Origin: Escherichia coli
Lineage (GTDB): Bacteria; Pseudomonadota; Gammaproteobacteria; Enterobacterales; Enterobacteriaceae
Reading direction: 5' to 3' (one strand)
DNA length: 64,000 nucleotides
Assembly (NCBI RefSeq): GCF_048403405.1
Contig: NZ_CP183129.1
In this document: positions 32,808-43,484 of the stretch, in pieces
Layout of the letters: every line of letters begins with the position of its first letter
How positions within the stretch are numbered: position 1 is the stretch's first letter
Position numbers and translations under genes: made by a program
Notes under the pieces: model-generated
Told to the model about the DNA's origin: nothing
The model's input: the letters and a program-made list of their open reading frames with translations, nothing else
Database searches by the model: none

Positions 32808-34091
32808 ATGGATTTCCAGTTATATTCGCTCGGCGCAGCGTTAGTGTTTCATGAAATATTTTTTCCTGAATCATCAACGGCAATGGCGTTAATTCTGGCA
32901 ATGGGAACCTACGGTGCAGGTTATGTGGCGCGTATTGTCGGAGCATTTATTTTCGGCAAAATGGGCGACAGAATCGGGCGTAAAAAAGTACTCTTTATTA
33001 CCATCACCATGATGGGGATCTGTACCACCTTAATTGGTGTGTTACCGACCTATGCACAGATTGGTGTTTTTGCACCCATCTTGCTGGTGACGCTGCGTAT
33101 TATTCAGGGATTGGGTGCAGGTGCGGAAATTTCCGGTGCCGGTACGATGCTGGCGGAATATGCGCCAAAAGGTAAGCGCGGAATTATCTCCTCATTTGTG
33201 GCTATGGGGACTAACTGCGGAACCTTGAGCGCAACGGCAATCTGGGCCTTTATGTTCTTCATTCTCAGTAAAGAGGAACTGCTTGCGTGGGGATGGCGTA
33301 TACCGTTCCTGGCGAGCGTTGTCGTGATGGTCTTTGCTATCTGGTTGCGTATGAATCTGAAAGAAAGCCCGGTCTTTGAGAAGGTTAACGACAGCAACCA
33401 ACCGACAGCAAAACCTGCACCTGCTGGTAGCATGTTCCAGAGCAAATCCTTCTGGCTGGCAACAGGGCTGCGTTTTGGTCAGGCTGGTAACTCCGGTTTA
33501 ATTCAGACTTTCCTTGCAGGCTATTTAGTGCAGACGTTATTGTTTAACAAAGCAATTCCAACAGATGCATTGATGATCAGTTCGATTCTCGGCTTTATGA
33601 CCATTCCGTTCCTTGGTTGGTTATCCGATAAAATTGGTCGCCGGATCCCGTATATTATTATGAATACCTCTGCGATTGTGCTGGCGTGGCCAATGCTTTC
33701 TATCATCGTAGATAAAAGCTATGCCCCGAGCACCATTATGGTTGCACTGATTGTGATTCATAACTGTGCGGTGCTGGGATTATTTGCTCTGGAAAACATT
33801 ACCATGGCAGAAATGTTCGGCTGTAAAAACCGCTTTACCCGGATGGCTATTTCTAAAGAAATTGGTGGTCTTATCGCTTCCGGTTTTGGTCCTATCCTGG
33901 CGGGTATTTTCTGCACCATGACGGAATCCTGGTATCCGATCGCCATTATGATCATGGCATATTCAGTGATTGGTTTAATCTCTGCGCTGAAAATGCCAGA
34001 AGTGAAAGACCGTGATTTAAGTGCACTGGAAGATGCCGCGGAAGATCAACCGCGTGTTGTAACAGCTGCGCAACCTTCAAGAAGTCTGTAA
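32808..34091 (+). CDS. ydfJ: MFS metabolite transporter YdfJ, N-terminally truncated at the prophage junction
   Basis: 427-aa ORF; MFS motif GKMGDRIGRKK at residue ~50 means the first transmembrane helix is largely missing; AT-rich prophage DNA directly upstream. Confidence 0.8.
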   Translation: MDFQLYSLGAALVFHEIFFPESSTAMALILAMGTYGAGYVARIVGAFIFGKMGDRIGRKKVLFITITMMGICTTLIGVLPTYAQIGVFAPILLVTLRIIQGLGAGAEISGAGTMLAEYAPKGKRGIISSFVAMGTNCGTLSATAIWAFMFFILSKEELLAWGWRIPFLASVVVMVFAIWLRMNLKESPVFEKVNDSNQPTAKPAPAGSMFQSKSFWLATGLRFGQAGNSGLIQTFLAGYLVQTLLFNKAIPTDALMISSILGFMTIPFLGWLSDKIGRRIPYIIMNTSAIVLAWPMLSIIVDKSYAPSTIMVALIVIHNCAVLGLFALENITMAEMFGCKNRFTRMAISKEIGGLIASGFGPILAGIFCTMTESWYPIAIMIMAYSVIGLISALKMPEVKDRDLSALEDAAEDQPRVVTAAQPSRSL

Positions 34092-34097
34092 ATCCTC

Positions 34098-34130
34098 CAT
34101 CCCTTCTCTTACCGGAGAGGGGATTTTTTA
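34098..34130 (+). terminator. terminator after ydfJ
   Basis: cccttctcttaccggagaggggattttttatt: imperfect stem plus T-run. Confidence 0.5.
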
Positions 34131-34180
34131 TTCATATAACAAAACATGCAGCTTGCCATATTTAAATTTAAGGAATTGTT

Positions 34181-35641
34181 ATGGGAAATAATTTGTTATC
34201 AGCAAAAGCGACACTCCCTGTTTATGATCGTAATAACCTGGCCCCAAGAATTGTTCATTTAGGCTTTGGTGCATTTCACCGTGCGCATCAGGGCGTGTAT
34301 GCCGATATTCTTGCTACAAAACATTTCAGTGATTGGGGATATTATGAGGTCAATTTAATCGGCGGCGAACAGCAAATTGCCGATTTACAACAGCAAGATA
34401 ATCTTTATACCGTTGCGGAAATGTCGGCCGATGCGTGGACGGCTCGCGTCGTTGGCGTCGTTAAAAAAGCCTTGCACGTACAGATTGATGGCTTAGAAAC
34501 CGTGTTGGCTGCGATGTGTGAACCGCAAATCGCGATTGTCTCTCTGACAATCACCGAAAAAGGGTATTTCCACTCTCCGGCGACCGGACAGTTAATGCTC
34601 GATCACCCGATGGTCGTTGCCGACGTACAAAATCCCCACCAGCCGAAAACTGCAACAGGGGTGATTGTCGAGGCGCTGGCTCGCCGTAAAGCGGCAGGAC
34701 TTCCCGCATTTACCGTCATGTCATGTGACAACATGCCAGAAAACGGTCATGTTATGCGTGACGTTGTCACTTCCTACGCGCAAGCTGTTGATGTAAAACT
34801 GGCACAATGGATCGAAGAAAACGTGACTTTCCCATCAACAATGGTGGACCGTATTGTGCCCGCAGTGACGGAGGATACGCTGGCGAAAATCGAACAACTT
34901 ACCGGTGTGCGCGATCCTGCTGGCGTTGCCTGTGAACCTTTCCGCCAGTGGGTAATAGAAGATAACTTTGTTGCCGGACGTCCGGAATGGGAAAAAGCGG
35001 GAGCCGAACTGGTTAGTGATGTGCTGCCTTATGAAGAGATGAAGTTGCGCATGCTCAACGGCAGTCATTCATTCCTGGCGTATCTGGGGTATCTTGCCGG
35101 ATATCAGCACATTAATGACTGCATGGAAGATGAACATTATCATCATGCAGCGTATGCCTTGATGTTGCAGGAACAAGCGCCGACGTTGAAAGTGCAGGGC
35201 GTTGATTTGCAAGATTACGCTAACCGATTGATTGAACGCTATAGCAACCCGGCGCTACGTCATCGAACCTGGCAGATTGCGATGGATGGCAGCCAGAAAT
35301 TGCCACAGCGGATGTTAGATTCTGTTCGCTGGCATCTGGCGCATGACAGCAAGTTCGATCTGCTGGCGCTGGGCGTCGCAGGTTGGATGCGTTATGTGGG
35401 TGGTGTTGATGAACAGGGAAATCCGATAGAAATCAGTGACCCACTGTTACCTGTTATTCAGAAGGCTGTACAAAGTAGTGCCGAAGGGAAAGCGCGCGTC
35501 CAGTCATTGCTGGCGATTAAGGCGATCTTTGGTGATGATTTGCCAGACAATAGCTTGTTTACTGCAAAAGTGACGGAAGCGTACTTGTCTTTATTAGCGC
35601 ATGGTGCAAAAGCGACCGTGGCGAAATATTCCGTGAAGTAA
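34181..35641 (+). CDS. ydfI: mannitol-dehydrogenase-family oxidoreductase YdfI
   Basis: 486 aa; N-terminal Rossmann motif [10 protein letters not shown]. Confidence 0.85.
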   Translation: MGNNLLSAKATLPVYDRNNLAPRIVHLGFGAFHRAHQGVYADILATKHFSDWGYYEVNLIGGEQQIADLQQQDNLYTVAEMSADAWTARVVGVVKKALHVQIDGLETVLAAMCEPQIAIVSLTITEKGYFHSPATGQLMLDHPMVVADVQNPHQPKTATGVIVEALARRKAAGLPAFTVMSCDNMPENGHVMRDVVTSYAQAVDVKLAQWIEENVTFPSTMVDRIVPAVTEDTLAKIEQLTGVRDPAGVACEPFRQWVIEDNFVAGRPEWEKAGAELVSDVLPYEEMKLRMLNGSHSFLAYLGYLAGYQHINDCMEDEHYHHAAYALMLQEQAPTLKVQGVDLQDYANRLIERYSNPALRHRTWQIAMDGSQKLPQRMLDSVRWHLAHDSKFDLLALGVAGWMRYVGGVDEQGNPIEISDPLLPVIQKAVQSSAEGKARVQSLLAIKAIFGDDLPDNSLFTAKVTEAYLSLLAHGAKATVAKYSVK

Positions 35642-35644
35642 AAA

Positions 35645-35672
35645 AAGCAATGCCGCCATCGGCGGCATTCAC
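35645..35672. terminator. bidirectional hairpin between ydfI and ydfZ
   Basis: gcaatgccgccatcggcggcattc. Confidence 0.6.
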
Positions 35673-35676
35673 ACGC

Positions 35677-35880
35677 TTAGTTCATGCCGAGACGAATCAG
35701 GTCCAGAGGTGCCAGTTTCTCTTCACAACCTTCAACAACTACGGTTTTTCCGCGGCGGATTTGCTCAGCGGTCAGACCTTCAGTATCAATCGACAGGATC
35801 TTGCCAGTGTGACCGGTGCCGCTAACCATAACACGGCTGCCAGTGGTGATTGCGTTACGGTTACGATCGTAGGTCGTCAT
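35677..35880 (-). CDS. ydfZ: small protein YdfZ (67 aa)
   Basis: [31 protein letters not shown]...; matches recalled K-12 YdfZ and its position. Confidence 0.8.
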
Positions 35881-36056
35881 AGGTGTTTTCTCCTTTCTGA
35901 TTTACAGTCGAAGCCCACGTAACGGGCGCAATATAAATACTCCTGTCGAGTGAAATATTTTTTGTTTTTGATCAAGCTCACATCTTTTTTGATGCATGCA
36001 TGAGCCATATGACGGAGGGAAAAACTCTCATCCCGGATGGGATGAGAGGAAATGAA

Positions 36057-36743
36057 TTACTCTTCGCTAAACCAGTCGCTGTTTTCCTGACGGATCTGGC
36101 GCACGGATTCGCTGATTTCCTGCAAATGTTGCGTCATTGCACGTTCTACCGCATCGCCATCACGTTTTTGCAGGGCAGAGAAAATCTCAAGATGCTGGCG
36201 TAACAGCATTTCTGGTGGAGAAACGTGGTCGAAACTCATATAGCGCACGCGATCAACGGTCGCTTTCAGGTTCTCAATGGTATCCCACGCCAGTTGACAG
36301 TCGGCAATCTGGGTCAGGAGTTGATGGAAGTTGTCATCAAGTTCAAAAAAATCATCCAGTTGCTTGCGCTCAATGGCAATGCGTTGCTGGTGAAGATTTT
36401 GTTCCAGTTGGTAGCACTGGCTTTCGGTAATCATGCTCGCCGCCCGACGCGCCACCGCGCACTCAATGGCCTGACGGATAAAACTGCCGTTGCGCACCTG
36501 GGCCATGGAAATTTTGTTGACGTAGCTGCCACGCTGCGGACGAATTTGGATCAGGCCGTTTTCCGCCAGTTTAATAAAGGCTTCACGAACCGGCTGGCGT
36601 GACACATTGAAACGAACAGAAACTTCTTTTTCCGACAACGGTGTGCCTGGTGCAATCAGGCAATGGACAATGTCGCGACGAAGGATACGATAAATTTGCT
36701 GATTGACAGGCTGTGTGGGATTAAGTTGCGTTTCGACGGTCAT
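36057..36743 (-). CDS. ydfH: GntR/FadR-family transcriptional regulator YdfH (RspR)
   Basis: 228 aa; N-terminal winged helix-turn-helix, FCD-type C-terminal domain. Confidence 0.85.
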   Translation of the reverse strand: MTVETQLNPTQPVNQQIYRILRRDIVHCLIAPGTPLSEKEVSVRFNVSRQPVREAFIKLAENGLIQIRPQRGSYVNKISMAQVRNGSFIRQAIECAVARRAASMITESQCYQLEQNLHQQRIAIERKQLDDFFELDDNFHQLLTQIADCQLAWDTIENLKATVDRVRYMSFDHVSPPEMLLRQHLEIFSALQKRDGDAVERAMTQHLQEISESVRQIRQENSDWFSEE

Positions 36744-36831
36744 TCGTTCTTGCTTGTGAGTGAGTTAACTGCATGAGTCTACCACTTTTTTGTGACAAGC
36801 AATAACCCGGCAGTTACGCCGGGTATAAAAA

Positions 36832-37578
36832 TTACTGACGGTGGACATTCAGTCCGGCATAGCTTTGGGTAACCGGCATCATTTCCAGGGTATTGATATT
36901 AACGTGAGCAGGCAGCGTTGACACCCACCAGACGGCTTCGCTGACATCTTCTGGCGTCAATGCAACGGTATTTTGATAGGTTTTTTCCGCTTTACCGTCA
37001 TCGCCTTTAAAGCGGACATTGGAAAACTCGGTGCCACCCACCAGACCCGGTTCGATGTCGGTGACGCGCACCGCCGTACCATGCAGGTCCGTACGCAGAT
37101 TCAGGCTAAACTGACGAACAAACGCTTTCGTCGCACCGTAAACGTTACCACCGGCATACGGCCAGCTGCCTGCCGTTGAGCCAATGTTAATAATATGACC
37201 ATGATTACGTTCAACCATACCCGGTAAGACGGCGCGCGTCATATATACCAGGCCTTTGTTGTTGGTATCAATCATCGTTTCCCAGTCTTCAACGCTGGCT
37301 TTATGCGCAGGCTCCATGCCCAACGCCAGACCGGCATTATTTACCAGGATATCAATATTGCACCACTCGGCAGGAAGCGATGCCAGCATCTCTTCAATAG
37401 CGGCGCGGTTGCGAACGTCCAGTTGGGCGATATAAAGATTATCTCCCAGTTCGTCTTTTAACTCCTGCAACCGCTCCTGGCGACGGCCAGTGGCGATAAC
37501 TTTATGCCCTTGTTGAATAAAACGACGAGTAATGCATTCACCAAAACCTGCCGTTGCTCCAGTTACTAAAACGATCAT
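36832..37578 (-). CDS. ydfG: NADP-dependent 3-hydroxy acid dehydrogenase (short-chain dehydrogenase family)
   Basis: 248 aa from MIVLVTGATAGFG (GxxxGxG); catalytic YxxxK. Confidence 0.85.
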   Translation of the reverse strand: MIVLVTGATAGFGECITRRFIQQGHKVIATGRRQERLQELKDELGDNLYIAQLDVRNRAAIEEMLASLPAEWCNIDILVNNAGLALGMEPAHKASVEDWETMIDTNNKGLVYMTRAVLPGMVERNHGHIINIGSTAGSWPYAGGNVYGATKAFVRQFSLNLRTDLHGTAVRVTDIEPGLVGGTEFSNVRFKGDDGKAEKTYQNTVALTPEDVSEAVWWVSTLPAHVNINTLEMMPVTQSYAGLNVHRQ

Positions 37579-37714
37579 CTCACTGTTCCTCAACGCTTTT
37601 GTGTGTCAATAACATAGCACGGGATGCTTAAGAGCGGGTAATACTGGTTTGCAAGATTGCACTCCGTTATCAGTAAGCCTACGCTATGGAACACCTCGCG
37701 TTCAGGAGAAGAAA

Positions 37715-39760
37715 ATGACAACAATGAATCCTTTCCTTGTGCAAAGCACACTGCCGTATCTGGCTCCCCATTTTGATCAAATTGCCAATCATCACTATCG
37801 CCCGGCATTCGATGAGGGAATGCTGCAAAAGCGGGCAGAAATTGCTGCCATCGCGCTTAACCCGCAAACGCCTGATTTCAACAATACTATTCTGGCACTG
37901 GAACAAAGCGGAGAATTACTTACCCGCGTTACCAGCGTCTTTTTTGCGATGACTGCGGCGCATACCAATGATGAATTACAGCGTCTTGATGAACAGTTTT
38001 CCGCTGAACTGGCGGAACTGGCTAATGATATCTATCTGAACGGTGAATTATTCGCGCGGGTAGATGCTGTCTGGCAGCGCCGAGAATCCCTGGGGCTTGA
38101 TAGTGAATCCATCCGCCTGGTGGAGGTGATTCATCAACGTTTTGTCCTTGCCGGAGCCAAACTTGCGCAAGCTGATAAAGCAAAATTAAAAGTACTGAAT
38201 ACAGAAGCTGCGACCCTGACCAGCCAGTATAACCAGCGGTTACTGGCAGCAAATAAATCCGGCGGTCTGGTTGTGAACGATTTCGCGCAGCTGGCAGGAA
38301 TGAGTGAGCAAGAGATTGCTCTGGCGGCAGAGGCGGCTCGCGAGAAAGGTCTGGATAACAAATGGCTGATTCCGTTGCTGAATACCACCCAACAACCGGC
38401 GCTTGCCGAAATGCGCGATCGTGCGACGCGTGAAAAACTGTTTATTGCGGGCTGGACGCGAGCGGAAAAAAATGATGCCAATGATACCCGCGCTATCATT
38501 CAACGTCTGGTGGAGATCCGTGCGCAGCAGGCGAAACTGCTTGGTTTCCCTCATTATGCCGCATGGAAAATCGCCGATCAGATGGCAAAAACGCCAGAAG
38601 CAGCACTCAACTTTATGCGGGAAATTGTTCCAGCGGCGCGTCAACGTGCGAGCGATGAATTAGCCTCCATACAGGCGGTTATTGATAAGCAGCAGGGCGG
38701 GTTTAGCGCGCAGCCGTGGGACTGGGCATTTTATGCCGAACAGGTACGGCGGGAGAAATTTGATCTTGATGAGGCGCAGCTCAAGCCATATTTTGAATTA
38801 AACACGGTGTTGAATGAAGGTGTATTCTGGACCGCGAATCAGCTCTTCGGTATTAAGTTTGTCGAACGTTTTGATATTCCTGTCTACCATCCTGACGTTC
38901 GGGTGTGGGAAATTTTTGATCATAATGGCGTGGGGCTGGCGTTATTTTACGGTGATTTCTTCGCCCGTGATTCAAAAAGCGGCGGTGCATGGATGGGCAA
39001 TTTTGTTGAGCAATCAACGCTTAATGAAACGCACCCGGTAATTTATAACGTTTGCAATTATCAGAAACCCGCTGCCGGTGAGCCTGCGTTGTTACTCTGG
39101 GATGATGTAATAACCTTATTCCATGAATTTGGTCATACGCTGCACGGCCTTTTTGCCCGCCAGCGTTATGCCACGCTTTCCGGCACCAACACGCCGCGTG
39201 ATTTTGTCGAATTTCCGTCGCAAATCAATGAACACTGGGCAACGCATCCGCAGGTATTCGCTCGCTACGCCCGGCATTATCAGAGCGGGGCAGCAATGCC
39301 TGACGAACTGCAACAGAAAATGCGTAATGCCAGCCTGTTCAACAAAGGGTATGAGATGAGCGAACTGCTTAGCGCCGCACTTCTCGATATGCGCTGGCAT
39401 TGCCTGGAAGAAAACGAAGCAATGCAGGATGTCGATGATTTTGAATTGCGGGCGCTGGTGGCGGAAAATATGGATCTTCCTGCTATACCGCCACGCTATC
39501 GCAGCAGTTATTTCGCCCATATTTTTGGTGGCGGATATGCCGCGGGTTATTACGCTTATCTGTGGACGCAAATGTTGGCCGATGATGGTTATCAGTGGTT
39601 TGTTGAGCAGGGCGGATTAACGCGTGAAAATGGGCTGCGTTTTCGCGAGGCGATCCTTTCCAGAGGTAACAGCGAAGATCTGGAACGCCTTTATCGACAA
39701 TGGCGCGGTAAGGCACCTCAGATTATGCCAATGCTGCAACATCGTGGCTTGAACGTATAA
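37715..39760 (+). CDS. dcp: dipeptidyl carboxypeptidase II (M3 metallopeptidase)
   Basis: 681 aa from MTTMNPFLVQSTLPYL; HEFGH zinc motif. Confidence 0.9.
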   Translation: MTTMNPFLVQSTLPYLAPHFDQIANHHYRPAFDEGMLQKRAEIAAIALNPQTPDFNNTILALEQSGELLTRVTSVFFAMTAAHTNDELQRLDEQFSAELAELANDIYLNGELFARVDAVWQRRESLGLDSESIRLVEVIHQRFVLAGAKLAQADKAKLKVLNTEAATLTSQYNQRLLAANKSGGLVVNDFAQLAGMSEQEIALAAEAAREKGLDNKWLIPLLNTTQQPALAEMRDRATREKLFIAGWTRAEKNDANDTRAIIQRLVEIRAQQAKLLGFPHYAAWKIADQMAKTPEAALNFMREIVPAARQRASDELASIQAVIDKQQGGFSAQPWDWAFYAEQVRREKFDLDEAQLKPYFELNTVLNEGVFWTANQLFGIKFVERFDIPVYHPDVRVWEIFDHNGVGLALFYGDFFARDSKSGGAWMGNFVEQSTLNETHPVIYNVCNYQKPAAGEPALLLWDDVITLFHEFGHTLHGLFARQRYATLSGTNTPRDFVEFPSQINEHWATHPQVFARYARHYQSGAAMPDELQQKMRNASLFNKGYEMSELLSAALLDMRWHCLEENEAMQDVDDFELRALVAENMDLPAIPPRYRSSYFAHIFGGGYAAGYYAYLWTQMLADDGYQWFVEQGGLTRENGLRFREAILSRGNSEDLERLYRQWRGKAPQIMPMLQHRGLNV

Positions 39761-40124
39761 ACACCACCAGTGGCTGGCCTGGAGAAATCGCCAGGCCAGC
39801 CTGGTTAGAGTAGTAATTGCAGCAGCTGGGCGAGGGCAAACCTCACCGCTAATGCTAATACCGTTTCGCAGTCGCCAGCAAAATTACTTTTTTTGTATAC
39901 CCTTCCGTTATAATAATTTTCAAATTTATAAATCTGATTGTTCTGAAATATGTTTAAGACTCTTTAATCTTCTTCTTACTTTAGTGAGTAAAACTCTCTG
40001 AATATTTGACAGCTAGTTGCCTGATTTTAAATGCCTTATAACAATTGGCAGTATTCTTATTTGTCAATTATAAAAATAGCAACCAGACTTAATAAGTCAA
40101 ACCAAACGCAATTAAGGAGTCAGT

Positions 40125-40517
40125 ATGAAATTTCAGGCCATTGTATTAGCAAGTTTTCTTGTCATGCCTTATGCGTTGGCAGATGACCAGGGCGGATTAA
40201 AACAGGATGCAGCGCCACCGCCGCCTCATGCAATAGAAGATGGCTATCGCGGAACCGATGATGCAAAAAAAATGACCGTTGATTTCGCAAAAACCATGCA
40301 TGATGGCGCTTCGGTTTCACTACGCGGTAATTTGATTTCTCACAAAGGAGAGGACCGTTACGTTTTTCGCGATAAGAGCGGTGAAATTAATGTTGTTATT
40401 CCTGCGGCAGTCTTTGATGGACGAGAAGTTCAGCCGGACCAGATGATCAACATTAGCGGCAGTCTGGATAAGAAAAGCGCGCCGGCCGTCGTTCGGGTCA
40501 CTCATTTGCAGAAATAA
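40125..40517 (+). CDS. ydeI: periplasmic YgiW/BOF-family stress protein
   Basis: 130 aa; signal peptide; matches K-12 order. Confidence 0.8.
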
Positions 40518-40771
40518 AAATAAATTAGCCTGATGGCCTGAACTACTGGGCCATTAGGGTATTGGGTTATGCTATTTGTCATCCTTTTAATTGCGATAAT
40601 GCAGGCTTAATTTACAGAATTAAACACTTTTTTATCTGCTGATTTTGTTTCAAATCACAATGTTATCTCAGAGATGACTCATAACTTCGGATTTCTATGA
40701 AAATATTGACGTAATTTTGCTTTTCTCCCGTTAGAATAGCGCGCACAAGGAACTGTGAAAAAGGAGTGGCA

Positions 40772-41683
40772 ATGATCAAGAAGACAACGGAAATTGATGC
40801 CATCTTGTTAAATCTCAATAAGGCTATCGATGCCCACTACCAGTGGCTGGTAAGTATGTTTCACAGCGTGGTCGCGAGAGATGCCAGTAAGCCAGAAATA
40901 ACGGATAACCATTCTTATGGACTGTGCCAGTTTGGTCGGTGGATTGATCATCTGGGGCCACTCGATAACGATGAATTACCTTATGTTCGGCTAATGGATT
41001 CTGCCCATCAACATATGCATAACTGTGGTCGGGAATTAATGTTGGCTATTGTTGAAAATCACTGGCAGGACGCGCATTTCGACGCCTTTCAGGAAGGGTT
41101 GCTTTCTTTTACTGCGGCATTAACCGATTACAAAATTTATTTGCTGACGATCCGTAGCAATATGGATGTTTTGACGGGATTGCCGGGTCGTCGGGTTCTT
41201 GATGAATCCTTTGATCATCAGTTACGCAACGCTGAGCCTCTGAATCTTTATTTAATGTTGTTGGATATTGACCGATTTAAATTGGTTAATGATACCTACG
41301 GGCATTTAATCGGCGATGTAGTATTACGCACCCTGGCAACTTACTTAGCCAGTTGGACGCGCGATTACGAAACGGTTTATCGCTACGGTGGCGAAGAATT
41401 TATCATTATTGTCAAAGCGGCTAATGATGAAGAAGCATGTCGTGCAGGTATCAGAATTTGCCAGTTAGTCGATAACCATGCCATCACACATTCTGAAGGG
41501 CATATCAACATTACCGTGACAGCAGGTGTCAGTCGCGCATTTCCTGAAGAGCCTCTGGATGTGGTCATTGGAAGAGCAGACCGGGCAATGTATGAGGGTA
41601 AGCAAACCGGAAGAAATCGCTGCATGTTTATTGACGAACAAAATGTGATTAACCGAGTTTCAGCTCCGTTTAACATTCATTGA
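40772..41683 (+). CDS. dgcZ: zinc-sensing diguanylate cyclase
   Basis: MIKKTTEIDAILLNLNKA...; GGEEF motif (RYGGEEF); start codon choice uncertain by a few codons. Confidence 0.85.
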   Translation: MIKKTTEIDAILLNLNKAIDAHYQWLVSMFHSVVARDASKPEITDNHSYGLCQFGRWIDHLGPLDNDELPYVRLMDSAHQHMHNCGRELMLAIVENHWQDAHFDAFQEGLLSFTAALTDYKIYLLTIRSNMDVLTGLPGRRVLDESFDHQLRNAEPLNLYLMLLDIDRFKLVNDTYGHLIGDVVLRTLATYLASWTRDYETVYRYGGEEFIIIVKAANDEEACRAGIRICQLVDNHAITHSEGHINITVTAGVSRAFPEEPLDVVIGRADRAMYEGKQTGRNRCMFIDEQNVINRVSAPFNIH

Positions 41684-41777
41684 GAAAACTGATGCTACTG
41701 TGTCAACGATCCGTTATCAGTGCAGGAAAATGCCTGTTAGCGTAAAAGCAAAACACAAATCTATCCATGCAAGCATT

Positions 41778-41806
41778 CACCGCCGGTTTACTGGCGGTTT
41801 TTTTTC
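41778..41806 (+). terminator. strong rho-independent terminator about 95 nt downstream of dgcZ
   Basis: ccgccggtttactggcgg followed by eight T. Confidence 0.55.
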
Positions 41807-41880
41807 GCCGTCATAAAAATCAGGCCCCTTGTACACAACTGTAACAAGGGGCCGGTTAGGTGAGGGATTATCTCCGTTCA

Positions 41881-41976
41881 TTAGTCATCCCATTTGTGGC
41901 TGAAATACGCGGCCAGAAAACCAGAAAATAAAATTATTCCCAGTACGGCCATAAAAACATTCATATTACCCAGCAT
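41881..41976 (-). CDS. mgtS: 31-aa membrane protein MgtS (YneM)
   Basis: Minus-strand translation MLGNMNVFMAVLGIILFSGFLAAYFSHKWDD; minus-strand hairpin plus U-tract just downstream. Confidence 0.8.
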   Translation of the reverse strand: MLGNMNVFMAVLGIILFSGFLAAYFSHKWDD

Positions 41977-42102
41977 TATTTCCCTCCGTTTATGGTGTGG
42001 TGTGTTTCCTCGCTTACCTTAATTTTCATCTCAATGAGAAAGATATTAGCAGAGGTAACCTAAACGAAGGATGAATTAAATCTTTATTGTGTTCGACTTA
42101 AA

Positions 42103-43290
42103 TCAACAAAGCGCGGGCTGCCCCCACGGTCTTGCACGAATTCCTTTTAACATCAGCACCCACGCAGCAATGATCACCAACGCTAAGATGATAAACAGCG
42201 AGAAAGGCGGCAGACTGGTAAGCACTATGCCACTCACTAATGGGTTAATCGCCGCACCAAGCCAGCCTAAAGACTGAGCGGAAAAATAGCTGGCTTTCAT
42301 TCCTGGCGGCGCAATATGGTCAATCAACATATACTCGCCCGGCGCATAAATGATTTCTCCGACAGTAAATACCGCAGCTGACATACCCCACAATAGCAGG
42401 CTGTTGCCGGAAAAAATAAAACCAACCAGACCGATGACGAAACAGAGGGTGCCTGCTGTCATCAGCGCGCGGATGTTAGCCGGGTTAAGTCGGCGTCCCA
42501 CGGAATATTGCAACGTAACTACCATGGCAGCATTAACCGGAAGAACAACCGCAACCACCTTTTCGGCAAAATCACCATCAGCAATCACCATCACATATTG
42601 TGAAATGCATGAAGCAAATGCGCCGCTAACAAAGGAAGCCAGAAAACCAGAGCAGGTAAACCACAACAGTGCTTTATCTTGTAATAAAACTTTCGGCGAC
42701 CAGACACTGCCTGTTTCCGTGGCGATGATTTTCTCGCTGCGCTTTACCCAAATTTGAATGAAAAGCATGGGAAACGCGGAACAGATAGCTGCCAGCCAGA
42801 AGGGCAGATTGATGCTCTGCATCACCAACAGCGTGCCGAGCGGCGGACCGATGGTCCAGCCAATGTTTAGCATGGTGTAGTTGATTGAGAAGATTTTCGT
42901 TTTGCTGGTGGACGAAAGATTGTCGGCAAACCAGGCTTTCAACACGGTAGCAAAAACGGAATAGGCGCAGTTAATAAGGGCAAAAAAGAGCACCACCAGC
43001 GTCACGTTATTCACTAAAGGAATGGCAATAAAACCACTGGCGAAGGCGGTAATTGCCAGTAACATATAGCGTTTCTTGTCGAACTTATCCGCCAGGATAC
43101 CAAAACCGAGGCTAAAAACGACGCCAATAGTGAGCGCAATTGTCATCGCATAACCGATTAGATCGACACTCAGGTTGTACTGGCGACTCAAGTAAATGGT
43201 CATAAACGGCAGCGTAGCGCCGCGTCCGATGGTTAATAACAACGACGAGGTAAGAAGGGCGCTGGTAGAGCGTCGTAGGGATAAGTTCAT
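42103..43290 (-). CDS. ydeE: MFS efflux transporter YdeE
   Basis: 395 aa, 12 predicted transmembrane segments; K-12 order. Confidence 0.85.
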   Translation of the reverse strand: MNLSLRRSTSALLTSSLLLTIGRGATLPFMTIYLSRQYNLSVDLIGYAMTIALTIGVVFSLGFGILADKFDKKRYMLLAITAFASGFIAIPLVNNVTLVVLFFALINCAYSVFATVLKAWFADNLSSTSKTKIFSINYTMLNIGWTIGPPLGTLLVMQSINLPFWLAAICSAFPMLFIQIWVKRSEKIIATETGSVWSPKVLLQDKALLWFTCSGFLASFVSGAFASCISQYVMVIADGDFAEKVVAVVLPVNAAMVVTLQYSVGRRLNPANIRALMTAGTLCFVIGLVGFIFSGNSLLLWGMSAAVFTVGEIIYAPGEYMLIDHIAPPGMKASYFSAQSLGWLGAAINPLVSGIVLTSLPPFSLFIILALVIIAAWVLMLKGIRARPWGQPALC

Positions 43291-43484
43291 TTGTCTGTCC
43301 GGCAGTGCGTTTCGTTATGTTTTGTTTTAGAGATGTAAAGAAATAGCATGGCAAAAATCCGAAGTATAGCGACTTATTTGCGCATTAATGCCGTCGTAAT
43401 CGGCGACTAACGAATCAACTGTTAAAGAAAAGTAAATTCAGCTAAGTTGATTGCTTACAAAAGATGAAATTCAGAGGCGGTAGA

